A stretch of 55,908 bases of DNA from Rhizaria sp. SCN 62-66 (lineage: Eukaryota): NCBI GenBank assembly GCA_001724265.1, contig MEDY01000023.1, positions 124,001 to 179,908 of the forward strand, written 5' to 3'. Both the position numbers and the translations under genes were made by a program. Below, one piece after another: positions 1-10,296 of the stretch; the first letter of the stretch is position 1, and every line of letters starts with the position of its first letter. The notes under the pieces are model-generated. The model saw nothing but the letters and a program-made list of their open reading frames with translations, did not search any database and had not been told where the DNA came from.

Positions 1-1572
1 GCAGGCGCGAGTGCGACTGCGGCTCGGCGGCTGCACGAGAGCGCGAGCGGCCCTGCGAGCGGCGCTGCGAGCCCCACCTCCGGCTCCGGTCGCAGTAACA
101 GTAGCAGCCCGCCGAGCGCTCGCGATCACCGGGGCGGCGGTGACCGTGACCGGCAGCGCCGCGCAAGCGACCATGAACAGGAGAGTGCTGATGCAGAGCC
201 TGCGTGGGCGCAGTCGCTGCGGGCCGCGCCGGCGCCGCTGCGCACTGCGAAGCTTATGCGCGCGCGCGACGTCGCCCTTGCAGACGCAGACGCAGACGCC
301 GCTGCAGTGTCCGCCGCGATCCCTGCCGGCCCAGTATATGCACTACCAAGCACTGCCTCTGCTCCCGCTTCCGCTGTTGCTGCAGCAGTCGTGCCAGCTG
401 TGCGTGCGCGGACGCGCGCGCCTGCGTTGGCTTCCGTTGTCGACGACGCCGCGTTCGCCGCGCCCGTGTCGGCCGCCGCGCGCACCGCCGCGCTGGCGCG
501 CTCGGCCGCAACCAAAGTCGCCGCAGCGGCTTCCGCAGCCAACAGGCATGCACACAGTCGCGGTCACGATCACGTCCACGGCGATGCGCAGACGCCGGCA
601 CCGCATGCCAATTCGTTTGCGTCCCCACCGCGTAACGCTCGTGGCCCCGCGTATGCAAGCCCGGTGAGCGGCCCTCATGTTCACAGTCACCACGTAACGA
701 CTCCTCCGGGCTCCAACGCTGCTGCTGTTGGCAGCGCGCCGGAGTCTGCTTCGGCGGCGCTGGCTGCACTGCGGCCTATGTATGCCTCGCCTCTGCAGCC
801 CTTCATGCGCCAGCAAGCGCTGTACGCCTATGCTGACCGTTCAGCAGCAGCGGCAGCAGCAGCGGCAGCGCAGGTTCAGTCCCAGATTGGTACTGTTGGC
901 GCGGGTTCGATGTCGCCCATGCCACAGCCTGTGTTCGCGACGCCTGCGCCGGAGTTGGGGCCCGGTCGGGGCCGCGCGCGCGCCGCTGCCGCAGCTGCCG
1001 CTGCCGCGGCCGCAGGCGCTGGCGCTTCAGTCGGTCTAAGCGTCAACTCTGTCTCTGTCACAGCAACGCCGCGTCTTGTAACAGGAACTAACGCCAGACA
1101 CCCTCACCCTGCCTCTCGAGGCGCGTATGCTGGGCTGAGCGCGTATGCCGCTCCGGCGACGCCGTATGCAGTGGCATCGGGCGCGTACACAATGCCGCAA
1201 ACTCCGTACACAGCGCCGTACGTACCGCTTTCCGTGGCGGCGGCAACGCCGTACGGAGTTGCGCCGAGTGCTTACGCAATGCCTGCGACGCCCTACATGC
1301 AGCGGCCTGTTGCTTACGCGTCTGGTTATGGTGCTGGCTACCCTGCGCACCACGCCACAATGCAGCCATCAATGTATTCAGTCCAGCAACAAAGATTGCA
1401 GCCAGGTCTTAACCCGACAAACAGTCACTTTGCGCGCTCTCCGACCTACTCCGGGGCGAGACCCGCTTACTCCGGTGGGCTGTCTACTCCGGGTGCTGAA
1501 GCGAAGGCGTTGCAGTCGCTTCAGTACCAGTTGCAAGCAGCGAGGCACGGGCTTGGCACGCATCAGTACTGA
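1..1572 (+). CDS. 3' part of an uncharacterised low-complexity Ala/Pro/Tyr-rich protein (5' truncated by the window edge)
   Basis: Frame 1 is open from base 1 to TGA at 1570-1572, has coding-like GC composition and repeated ATPY/QTPY motifs, and is followed by an abrupt switch to AT-rich sequence. Confidence 0.75.
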   Translation, partial: AGASATAARRLHESASGPASGAASPTSGSGRSNSSSPPSARDHRGGGDRDRQRRASDHEQESADAEPAWAQSLRAAPAPLRTAKLMRARDVALADADADAAAVSAAIPAGPVYALPSTASAPASAVAAAVVPAVRARTRAPALASVVDDAAFAAPVSAAARTAALARSAATKVAAAASAANRHAHSRGHDHVHGDAQTPAPHANSFASPPRNARGPAYASPVSGPHVHSHHVTTPPGSNAAAVGSAPESASAALAALRPMYASPLQPFMRQQALYAYADRSAAAAAAAAAQVQSQIGTVGAGSMSPMPQPVFATPAPELGPGRGRARAAAAAAAAAAAGAGASVGLSVNSVSVTATPRLVTGTNARHPHPASRGAYAGLSAYAAPATPYAVASGAYTMPQTPYTAPYVPLSVAAATPYGVAPSAYAMPATPYMQRPVAYASGYGAGYPAHHATMQPSMYSVQQQRLQPGLNPTNSHFARSPTYSGARPAYSGGLSTPGAEAKALQSLQYQLQAARHGLGTHQY

Positions 1573-2324
1573 TCTCCTCCAAGATCGATCTTCCTTTCCT
1601 AGTTTATTCAACATTTCCGACGTTATCCAGATCAATACAATTTTTAGTGTTACTCATGAGTACGTTTCTCTTTTAAGCCCAGTCCATAGTTATTCCAGTC
1701 TGCATGATATCAGAAGAAAAAAAATTGGAAAAAAATGGATTTTTTTAGCCACACGTACTACTGGTTTGCAAGCTTTATCATTCTTAGTCAACACTTTCAA
1801 GATTTTGTGTGTTATCACAAAGAATAAGGTGCGGCATATGAATCATTGTTGTAAAAATATCGGTTATGTCCGTCTATCCCAATATGCTGTGCAGGCTGAA
1901 CACATTCCAACCACAAAAGACCTCGAGCGAGACTGGTCGCTGCATCTCGTCTGGCCCGAACAGGCCCGTTGAGGACAAACCAACACAGAGTTTATTCGAG
2001 CAACAATAATCCAGATCGACGTTTAGCGGTCTTCATCATATTGCGTGTGATGTTATTTGATCATGTTTTCAGTTGCGGGTCTTGTAATGCCTATTGCATT
2101 CCGCTATCTCGGTTCGCGATGTTTCATCTTGAACTTTGTGCGATTGTGTCAGCACTCCCGAAAACACGTTCTAGCTCGACACAATCTCCGTCAGCGAGGA
2201 CATCACGCCAATAACTTACTAAATCTGGTGTAAAATTCCTAATTATTACAACGCCTCACCTTGAAACTCTTTATTTGTGTCCCTAAACTCTTCCTCATTC
2301 CGGCTCCTCGGTTGCTGACTGCAG

Positions 2325-4415
2325 ATGACGAGTAAGATCAAGCAAGACAAGATCGACAAGCGCATGGCGGAGCTGCGCCGTCTTCCTGACAACCGCATCT
2401 GCTGTGACTGCCGCGCAAAGAACCCTACGAGCGTTGTTCTGGACCTTAACACCTTCATCTGCACCAATTGCACGACGTTCCACCGCAACCTGAACCGCAA
2501 GTGCGTCACTATCTCCATGTACAACTTCGGCGAAAAGGACGTCGCGCGCCTCGAAGCGGGCGGCAACGCCGTTGCTAACGCCTACTGGTTGGCGTCATAC
2601 ACCGACAAGGACTTTCCCATCCCTCCGTTCGACGCCGAGTCCTCGTACCGCGACTCGCGCATGGCTGACTTCATCCGCCTCAAGTACGACAACAAGCGCT
2701 GGATCGCGCGCGACGGCGTCCCGTCCCGCACCAACACGTCTAACACGACGGCTGCCGCGGCCCCCGGTGCGCTTGCCGCGCCCCCCGGCGCCCGCCCCGG
2801 CGCCTCGCGCAATCACTCCCCCTCGCCCTCCCCGCGCACCACCCCCGCCGCCGCCACCGCCCCCGCGCCTCGCGCCGTTGCGCCCGCGCCCGCGCCCGCC
2901 CCGGCCGCCGTGGCGACGGCCACGTTCGACGTCTTCGCGTCGATGGGCAGCCCCAACGTCGAGGAGGACTGGGCCGCGTTCGACGCCAACGGCGCGCCGG
3001 CGCACAAGCAGCAGCAGCCCCACCAGCCGCAGTCTCAGCAGCAGCAGCAGCAGCAGCAGCAGCCGGCCGGTTCCGTGCTCTCCGGTCTCACATTTGACAA
3101 CAACAGCGCTAGCGCGCCGCGTGGACCGACGCTGGACCAGGTGATGGCTCTCAACAATCAGCTTCACACGGCCCCGCAGTACGGCATGAACCCGATGATG
3201 GGCGGCATGCAGATGCAGATGCCAATGCAGATGATGCAAGTCCAGGGCCCCAACGGCCCGATGATGGTCCAGGTCCCTATGAACGCCATGCAACCCGGTA
3301 TGCTGATGCACGGCGGCATGCCGATGGGCGGGGGTGGGGCACCCATGTCCGGTATGATGATGAACCCTGCTATGGGCGCCGGCGGCATGGGCGCGATGGC
3401 AGCTATGCCGATGACCGCCATGGCCAATATGTCCATGATGAACACTATGAACAACAGCAACAACAACGTCATGCCGCAGCAGCAGCAGCAGCAGCGGCCG
3501 CCTCAACAGCCGCAGCAGCAGCAAGCTCCTGTTGACCCGTTCTCATTCATGGTCACTCCCGCTGCCGCCGCGCCCGCCCCCGCCCCCGCTGCCGCTCAGC
3601 CTCCGCGCCCCAGCGCGGACGCGTTCAACGCCAGCTTCGACGACGACCCGTTCTCCGACGCCGCGATGGCCAAGTTCGACGCCACGCCCTCCAGTGCCGC
3701 CGCTGCGACTCACAGTCACTCCACGGCCGCTGTCTCCGCCATGGCAGTCCCCGCGGCGGCCCCGGCGTCCAAGAACGCCACTGTGCGCTCCCCCGCGCGC
3801 TCCCCGGCGCTCGGCCCCGCAAACGCGCCCGCCAACGGACCATCATCGGACGACGTCTTCGGCGACTTGCTGTCCGCCAATAACAGCAACGCCACCGGCA
3901 GCAGCGCGCGCGCCGTCACCCCTAACCGCGGTGGCAGCGGCGGCCAAGCAAGCGTGCACACGGCTGACGTCTTCGGGTTTGGCTCCCCTGCCGCTGCGCC
4001 CGTGTCCGCGCCCGCGCCCGCGCCGGCGATGCCTGCGTACAACGCGCCCATGATGGCGACCGCGCCCCCGATGACCGGCGTCGGTGCTGCAGGTGGTGCT
4101 GGAAACAACATGCAGGCCGCGCAGATGCAGATGATGTTGCAGCAGCAGCAGATGATGCTGCAGGCGATGCTGGCTTCGCAGCAGCAGCAGGGCGGCGGCA
4201 CCAATCCCGCTCTCGTTGCCCAAATGGCTCAGATGCAGGCGCAAATGCAGGCGCTTATGCTCAGCAACGGCAGCCACCCCGCCGCGGCTGGCCACCCTAA
4301 CGCGGGCGGCTTCGGCGGCTTCCCTCAGCAGCAACAACAGCAGCACGGCCAGCCCCAGCAGCAGCAGCAGAGCAAGGCTGAGGAGCCCGATGCGTTTGCA
4401 GGCCTCGGGTTCTGA
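2325..4415 (+). CDS. AGFG: ArfGAP domain protein, AGFG-like subfamily (696 aa)
   Basis: N-terminal CxxC-x16-CxxC zinc finger with arginine finger (CCDCRAKNPTSVVLDLNTFICTNCTTFHR), ISMYNF, GGNAVANAYW and FIRLKYDNKRW. The long disordered tail has DPF/DAF/DVF/FG motifs and Met/Gln-rich tracts. Stop is TGA. Confidence 0.9.
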   Translation: MTSKIKQDKIDKRMAELRRLPDNRICCDCRAKNPTSVVLDLNTFICTNCTTFHRNLNRKCVTISMYNFGEKDVARLEAGGNAVANAYWLASYTDKDFPIPPFDAESSYRDSRMADFIRLKYDNKRWIARDGVPSRTNTSNTTAAAAPGALAAPPGARPGASRNHSPSPSPRTTPAAATAPAPRAVAPAPAPAPAAVATATFDVFASMGSPNVEEDWAAFDANGAPAHKQQQPHQPQSQQQQQQQQQPAGSVLSGLTFDNNSASAPRGPTLDQVMALNNQLHTAPQYGMNPMMGGMQMQMPMQMMQVQGPNGPMMVQVPMNAMQPGMLMHGGMPMGGGGAPMSGMMMNPAMGAGGMGAMAAMPMTAMANMSMMNTMNNSNNNVMPQQQQQQRPPQQPQQQQAPVDPFSFMVTPAAAAPAPAPAAAQPPRPSADAFNASFDDDPFSDAAMAKFDATPSSAAAATHSHSTAAVSAMAVPAAAPASKNATVRSPARSPALGPANAPANGPSSDDVFGDLLSANNSNATGSSARAVTPNRGGSGGQASVHTADVFGFGSPAAAPVSAPAPAPAMPAYNAPMMATAPPMTGVGAAGGAGNNMQAAQMQMMLQQQQMMLQAMLASQQQQGGGTNPALVAQMAQMQAQMQALMLSNGSHPAAAGHPNAGGFGGFPQQQQQQHGQPQQQQQSKAEEPDAFAGLGF

Positions 4416-4899
4416 GCGGCCTAAGTTTGAGCTCTAACAAGGCTGTCATTTGAAACGCACAATGTGTGTTGAGTGTTTGTCAACAGGGCGCCCCGGCCAG
4501 GATGAGGTTTAGTTTGTAGTTTAAGCTTCAGAGGAAAGGTATTTTATAGTTTCTGTTGGATTAAAGTTCTTGTTGTTGAAAATTGTTTTGTCGGTGTATG
4601 TTTAGTTTGGTTAACGCTTTATATTTGAACTGAGATGACTCAGTTTGTATGTGTGTGTTTTGTTGTTTTGTTGTTGTGCTGAATTTGTGCTGTGATTTAG
4701 CCCACTTGTGCTACGAGTCCATAGATTCAGCTACAGGCACAGACGTGTCAATCAATACACGAAATTATGTTTGCTTAAATGTTAATGTTCATTGGGTTCA
4801 AATCGCACAGAAATTGTATTGCTAGATAAGAGACTCTTGATTTCTCTTGAGTCCATTCGTTTCAACTAAATATTCATTTATGATATTAAATTAATCTTT

Positions 4900-7800
4900 T
4901 CATAGTAAATCTCCCGGACGCATCACACGGCCGCCCGGAGCAGCGTTGCCAGCCGCGGTCGCAGCTGTGGTCGGGCGGCCAAGCCGCGCCGCGCGTCGCT
5001 GCTCCGCAGCAGCCGCATTCGCGTTGCCCGCAGCGCCCGCAGTCGCGCCAGTGCCCCCGCTCTGCGTGGTCTGAGTGAAGCTGTGGCTGCTGCTGCGGCT
5101 ATGGCCGCTAGTCATAGCGGCAGTGACCGCAGCGGCACGGCCGTAGCTAATCACCCCCGCCTGCTGCTGCGCTTGCAGCAACGCCTGCGTTTGGGAGTGC
5201 GTCTTCGTCTGCGGCTGCAGCTGTGTTGGTGGCTGCGGCAGCTGCGACACTGGACTGGGGCGCGAAAAAGCAGCGAGACCGGCAGCGGCGGCCGCGGACA
5301 CAGCAGCCGCCCTCAGGCCATTCGAAGACACCGCGCCATTGGCAGCTGCAGGACCACTCCCAGCGGCAGCAGTATTGAGGCCGGTGTGCGCAGTCGGGGT
5401 GATGAGACCGCCATTCGCACTCACACTCGCATTCACAGCGCAGGTGCTAGTGCCAGTGCCAGCGGCCGCGGGGCGCGGTGAAGGGGAGACTGGTGCGAAC
5501 GCGAATGGTGACGACATGGACACAGCGCCATTATTCGCCACTGCAGCGCCAGCAGTAGATACAGAGGATGACGCAGGCGGAGATGCAAGGCGCGTCAACG
5601 CCTGTGCTGTCGTGAGCCGAGTGCGCGCAGGCGTCGCAACTGCACTCACGCTCGTACTGGCGTTGGAACCAGTACCTGTGCTCAGAGGTGCCCCGTTGGT
5701 GCTCGGCGTTGCGGCCGCGCAGGCGGCCATGCTTGGAGTGGGGACAGTAACCGTAAGCGCCCTTGCGTTGCCGCTGCCGCTCGGCCCGTGGCTGTGGCCT
5801 CCGCCAGGGAGGGCGACTGCCACAGTCAGCGGAGTCGTCGCAGGCGCACTTACATGCGCAGTTACAGGGGCAGTTACAGGGGCAGTCGTAGCCATAGAGG
5901 CGGAGCCGGGACGCATCGCTGCCGCCGCTGTTCCTGTGGCGCCAACGCGAGTGCTGGACGGTGCACGGGGCGTTGCCGCGGCTGTGGCCGGCCGCGCAGT
6001 CGCAGGCCTCACGGCCGTAGACTGCCTTGGAGTCACAGCTGCAGTCGCTGTCGCCGTTGAGGCGCCGGTATTCGCAGCGGTGGATTGGCGGGCACTTAAG
6101 GTTGTGCGAGTGGCAGATGTCGCGCGTGATGCTGAGGTCGCGCGCGCCACACTGGAGCCACGCACTGCGTTCCCGCTTCCCCCTGCACCGGAGGAGGACG
6201 AGGGGGTGCTGACGCTGACCGCGCTCCGTGCACCAGTCCGTGATCCCACTGCACTTGAGCGCTGTGGAGTAGTCGCACTTGTCGCGTGAGCAGCGGAGTT
6301 CACGACTGGTGCAGCAGCGGCACTAGCGGCGCCCGTGGGAGCGCGCGCCGGCACGGGGGTCACCGACGGGGGCTCGTCTGAGAAGCGCACGCGGCCCTTC
6401 GCAGGCGTCGCAGCGGGCGCAGACGCGCTGTCGCCGCTAACACTGCTCGGGCCGTTCGTGTTAGGGCCGTTTGGACTGGCCGTGTTGACCGTAAGACGAG
6501 AGCCTGCGGTCGGCACGCTCTTGTTCGGAGCAGCGCCATTGGACGGCGTCGACGCTGAGCGCATGTGTCTAGCAGCCGCGTTTGCAGCAGTAGCAACAGC
6601 GGGCGCAACGGCAATGCTTGCGTTCGCGCTAAGTTGATGTGCTTGTCTCTGTACAAGTGCTTGTTGTTGCTGGAGCATCTGCTGTTGTTGCTGCTGTTGT
6701 TGCCTGATAAACTGCTGCTGCTGCGCAATCTGCTGTTGCTGCTGTTGTTGCTGTTGCTGCGGCTGGGACGGTACAATCCGGGCCTGTGCCCTGCCCAGCA
6801 TCGCAGCCGCCACGGCCTCGCCGACAAGCGGGCCCGTGCGCGCCGCGATCGCCGCCAGCGGTCCCAACACACTCCGCGCCAGCTCAGCCTCCTCCTCCCC
6901 CTGCGTCCTCGCGCCGCCCGCCCCCGCGTCCCCGGCGGCGTTCAGGTCAAGCACGGTGTTGCCGCCGCCGCCGGCCGCCGGGTCGGCGAGCGTCTGCGTC
7001 AGCAGCGCCAGCGTGCGCAGCTGCTCTGCCGCCGCGCTTCCGGCCGTCGCCAGGGCTGCGCGCGCCGCGGCCGCCCGCTCCCCGCGCAGCGCGAGCAGCT
7101 CCTGTCGAAGCAGCGCGCGCTCCCGGTCCGCGGCGGCGAGCTGCAATGTGAGCGCCTCAGCACGCGCGCGTTGCTGCAGCGCGCGCTGCGCCCAGGTCGC
7201 GCCGAGCTCGCGCAGCGCGGCGGCCGCGCGCTCCTGTCGCTCGTGCGCGTCGGCCACGACCTCGGTCTCCCGCAGAGTCACCGATAGGCGGGCCAGCGCG
7301 GCCTCGGCGGCAGCGGCGCGAGAATCGGCGGACACAGCGCGCGCCTCGGACGCGCGGGCACGGGTTTCCGCGGCAGCGAGCGCGTCATTCAAGAGCGCAT
7401 TATGCGCGCTCGCAGTGACATGGGCTGCGTTAGTGCTCTCGACTGAGTTAACGGCCGCCGACTTAGAAGCAGCGGATGCTGAGAGCAACAACGGGGAGTG
7501 GGGTGGGGCAATGGTAGCGGCACAGCGGCGGCAAAGGCGCGACGAACTTAAGCCGCCCAAGTGGGGAGTTAGGCCGCTTCCTTCGGGGCCGAGGTAGCTC
7601 GAGTCGAGGATGCTGTTCTCACCAGCATCGCTGTTGTTGCTGATGATGTTGTGGCTCAGGTCATCGCCATCAGTCTGTGTCAGCAGCAAGTCGCCGGAGC
7701 CCGTAATCACAACGTCGACGTCGTTGTGATTGTTCGCATCGGTGATTAGTTCATGATTAGATGCCGAAATATCATTTTTTTGACTGTGACCCTGATCGTG

Positions 7801-9774
7801 CTCTATGTCACCACCCGTGACTTCAGAGTGGCGAATCAAATCAGCGCTGTTGTTTTCGTCGTTCTCAGCGACGGGCTCAGCAACAGCAAACAACGCACAC
7901 AGCGCGGCTGCAACAGGATCCGCGCCTGCCTCAGCGACAAACGAGGCCACATAATCGGTATCCCCCGCCGCGGCTGCTCTCGCGTCATTTGCGCTGTGGC
8001 GCCCCACAAGCGCTGGCGTAAAAGTCGCCAGCCGCGCGCATAGTGCAAACACAGCGAGCATCGCGTGATACGCCGCCGCCCTTAATTCGCCGCGGTGACT
8101 GTGAGCAGCGAGTGGACCGCGCGCTCCGTCAACACCGCGTGCGCCGTCACCGCTACTACTGTGGTGCGACAGACGTGCGCGCGCGGTCGCCGGCGTCGCC
8201 GGAGCCGAGGCTGGCGCAGACGGCGGTGCGGAGCCCGGTGAACCGCCAACTATAGCAGCAGCCACCGTCCCAGCAGCAATCGCGGAGCCCGAAGCAACTG
8301 CAATTGAGGGTAGCCCGGCGAGAGTTGGCGCCAAAGCCACCGGCGACACGCCAGAGGTAAGCGTGAGAGACAAACGCTCCCAGAGGCGCTCAGCGCATTC
8401 GCAGTCGTACTGACAGTCGTTGACGCTGTCGCTGTTGTCGGTGTCGGTGTGCGCGAAGATGCAGCTAGGACCACAGGATACATCGAATTGCTCGCCGTCG
8501 ATGCTATGACTGGGAATGTTGTTGTTGCTGCTGTTGCCGATGGGCGGATTGTGCGCGCTGCGCGAGCCATGTGGCAACAGAGCGCTGGACGCAGCGGTGA
8601 CGCACTGCAACACTGTCTCAACGCGCGGGCTGTGCGCGTTGTTTGGTCGCGCTAAAAGCTCGCGCAGAGCGGGAACCCCAGCAAGACCCGCAGAGACTGC
8701 AGCATCAATGTCGTCGCAGCCAAGTAGCGCCCGAGCAGCCTGCCACTCACTCCCAACCAAGATCTGGCTCTGACCATGACCGTAAGAGTGACTGTGGGCA
8801 GCCAGTGTGACTGCAGCGCTTGCAGTGGCGGTCAGCCGGGCAGCAAAGGCACGGCGCCGCGCGCGCAATGCGGTGCGCAGGCGGTCAAGCGAGTCCGCAG
8901 TCGCGCCAGTACCGTCGAGTCCAACATCCAACAGCGATGATGCGGAACCATCACAGCTGTTGCTGCTGTGGGCGGTAATGTCGTTCTTCCCGAGATTGGT
9001 CGCTTCAGAGGCGTACCTGTGGCTGTAATCACGATTGCTAGAGTCAGCAGAGCCAGTCGATGCTTCGATGAGTGTCACAAGTGCCGCTGTCGCCGTTGCG
9101 CCGAGCGCATTCCACCGCAAGTCTAGCCGCGTGAGCCCGCGGCGGCCTAGCTTTGGCACGCGCGGCGGGGCCGGCACGCTGCAGCAGAGCGCTCTCGCAC
9201 GGTCACTCTCCACAGTCACCAGTGGACTACCCAGCGCACTCGTGAACTCAGCAGACAGCTCGGTATCACTCGCGCTAGATGCACTGTTGCTGCTGCGACC
9301 GGTATTGGTGAACAGGAGCGAGAGAGCAGGGAGGTGGGCATAGGTGAGGCCGCAGTTGCGCAGGTCGAGGCTCAGTAGCGACGGCGACGCGTTCACCGCA
9401 TGTGCAAGATACTCTACAATACAAAGGGGAGGAGAAAGTGAGGACATGAGTTGTTGTGCACCAAAGTCGGTTATAATGCAGTATAATGTGTTTCTTGCTG
9501 TTGAAGGGACACTGCTCAGAAACGTACCTGGGAAGCCGATTTTGTTCCACTCGAGGCTGACGTGCTGGATCGAGGTACTGCGGCGCAGAAAGCGGCACAA
9601 CGCGTCGGTGACATCCGCGCCCTGCAGCACGTTGCCCTTGAGGTTAAGCGAGCGCAGCGTGGTGTCGGTCTCAAGCAGAGCCAGCAGCTCGACGCACTCG
9701 GCGCCGATGAAGCGGTCAGAAACGTCGAGTGTGTCGCCCACGCGCAGGTCAAACACCATGCGGCGGAGGGACAT
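4900..9774 (-). CDS. LRRC45: LRRC45-like leucine-rich repeat plus coiled-coil protein; exons 9774-9528 and 9413-4900 (about 1586 aa)
   Basis: The LRR series LNLKGN / VSLEWNKIG / LDLRNCGL / LDLRWNALG recalls the LKGN-LEWN-LRNN-LRWN order of LRRC45 (recognised from memory). A central coiled coil follows. Removing intron 9414-9527 (GTACGT...TGTAG) restores KIGFPEYLAHAV. Stop is TGA. Confidence 0.75.
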   Translation of the reverse strand: MSLRRMVFDLRVGDTLDVSDRFIGAECVELLALLETDTTLRSLNLKGNVLQGADVTDALCRFLRRSTSIQHVSLEWNKIGFPGTFLSSVPSTARNTLYCIITDFGAQQLMSSLSPPLCIVEYLAHAVNASPSLLSLDLRNCGLTYAHLPALSLLFTNTGRSSNSASSASDTELSAEFTSALGSPLVTVESDRARALCCSVPAPPRVPKLGRRGLTRLDLRWNALGATATAALVTLIEASTGSADSSNRDYSHRYASEATNLGKNDITAHSSNSCDGSASSLLDVGLDGTGATADSLDRLRTALRARRRAFAARLTATASAAVTLAAHSHSYGHGQSQILVGSEWQAARALLGCDDIDAAVSAGLAGVPALRELLARPNNAHSPRVETVLQCVTAASSALLPHGSRSAHNPPIGNSSNNNIPSHSIDGEQFDVSCGPSCIFAHTDTDNSDSVNDCQYDCECAERLWERLSLTLTSGVSPVALAPTLAGLPSIAVASGSAIAAGTVAAAIVGGSPGSAPPSAPASAPATPATARARLSHHSSSGDGARGVDGARGPLAAHSHRGELRAAAYHAMLAVFALCARLATFTPALVGRHSANDARAAAAGDTDYVASFVAEAGADPVAAALCALFAVAEPVAENDENNSADLIRHSEVTGGDIEHDQGHSQKNDISASNHELITDANNHNDVDVVITGSGDLLLTQTDGDDLSHNIISNNSDAGENSILDSSYLGPEGSGLTPHLGGLSSSRLCRRCAATIAPPHSPLLLSASAASKSAAVNSVESTNAAHVTASAHNALLNDALAAAETRARASEARAVSADSRAAAAEAALARLSVTLRETEVVADAHERQERAAAALRELGATWAQRALQQRARAEALTLQLAAADRERALLRQELLALRGERAAAARAALATAGSAAAEQLRTLALLTQTLADPAAGGGGNTVLDLNAAGDAGAGGARTQGEEEAELARSVLGPLAAIAARTGPLVGEAVAAAMLGRAQARIVPSQPQQQQQQQQQQIAQQQQFIRQQQQQQQQMLQQQQALVQRQAHQLSANASIAVAPAVATAANAAARHMRSASTPSNGAAPNKSVPTAGSRLTVNTASPNGPNTNGPSSVSGDSASAPAATPAKGRVRFSDEPPSVTPVPARAPTGAASAAAAPVVNSAAHATSATTPQRSSAVGSRTGARSAVSVSTPSSSSGAGGSGNAVRGSSVARATSASRATSATRTTLSARQSTAANTGASTATATAAVTPRQSTAVRPATARPATAAATPRAPSSTRVGATGTAAAAMRPGSASMATTAPVTAPVTAHVSAPATTPLTVAVALPGGGHSHGPSGSGNARALTVTVPTPSMAACAAATPSTNGAPLSTGTGSNASTSVSAVATPARTRLTTAQALTRLASPPASSSVSTAGAAVANNGAVSMSSPFAFAPVSPSPRPAAAGTGTSTCAVNASVSANGGLITPTAHTGLNTAAAGSGPAAANGAVSSNGLRAAAVSAAAAAGLAAFSRPSPVSQLPQPPTQLQPQTKTHSQTQALLQAQQQAGVISYGRAAAVTAAMTSGHSRSSSHSFTQTTQSGGTGATAGAAGNANAAAAEQRRAARLGRPTTAATAAGNAAPGGRVMRPGDLL

Positions 9775-10296
9775 GTGCTGTGGGGGTGCCGGGCAACGAC
9801 CTAAAGAGGTGTTGGGGACTTATGAGCCAGTTGGAATCGGAGTGTCAGGTTGCCAAACTCTGTTCTGACTGTCTATTTTGAAACGACGAAAAATACATGA
9901 TTAACGTGTGCTATCAGCTCTATAATTAAGGTGTTGAGTTAATTATAGAAGCATTCTACATAGAATCACATCGGCATCCACATTAACGATCAAACTGTAT
10001 CAGAAATCTCACAGTTTATCGCTTTGTTTGCTCTTCTCGGTTAGTTGGCATTACAGGATGATTTTTTTTGCGAACCCGTAGGAGCTGGACTGCTTCCCTT
10101 TCGGTTTGGGCGGGAAGGAGTGAGCGTTACACATGGCTTTGCAGTGCTTTAATTGATCGTGAATAGCGACTTATGCAAAGCATCTTTGATAAAACGTTTC
10201 TATTTAGATATTTATTTACGAACACAATTCAAAATCACCTCACGGTCTCTTCTACTACTCATTGCAAATTCCGATCTCCACCTAACGCTTGCGCAG

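Noticed and set aside
10153-10296. ORF-track N-terminal extensions, mostly from TTG/GTG starts (also 18886-19026, 39449-39661, 31577-31642)
   Set aside because: These are AT- or pyrimidine-rich non-coding sequence in a eukaryote, and the conserved or coding-like protein begins at a downstream ATG.
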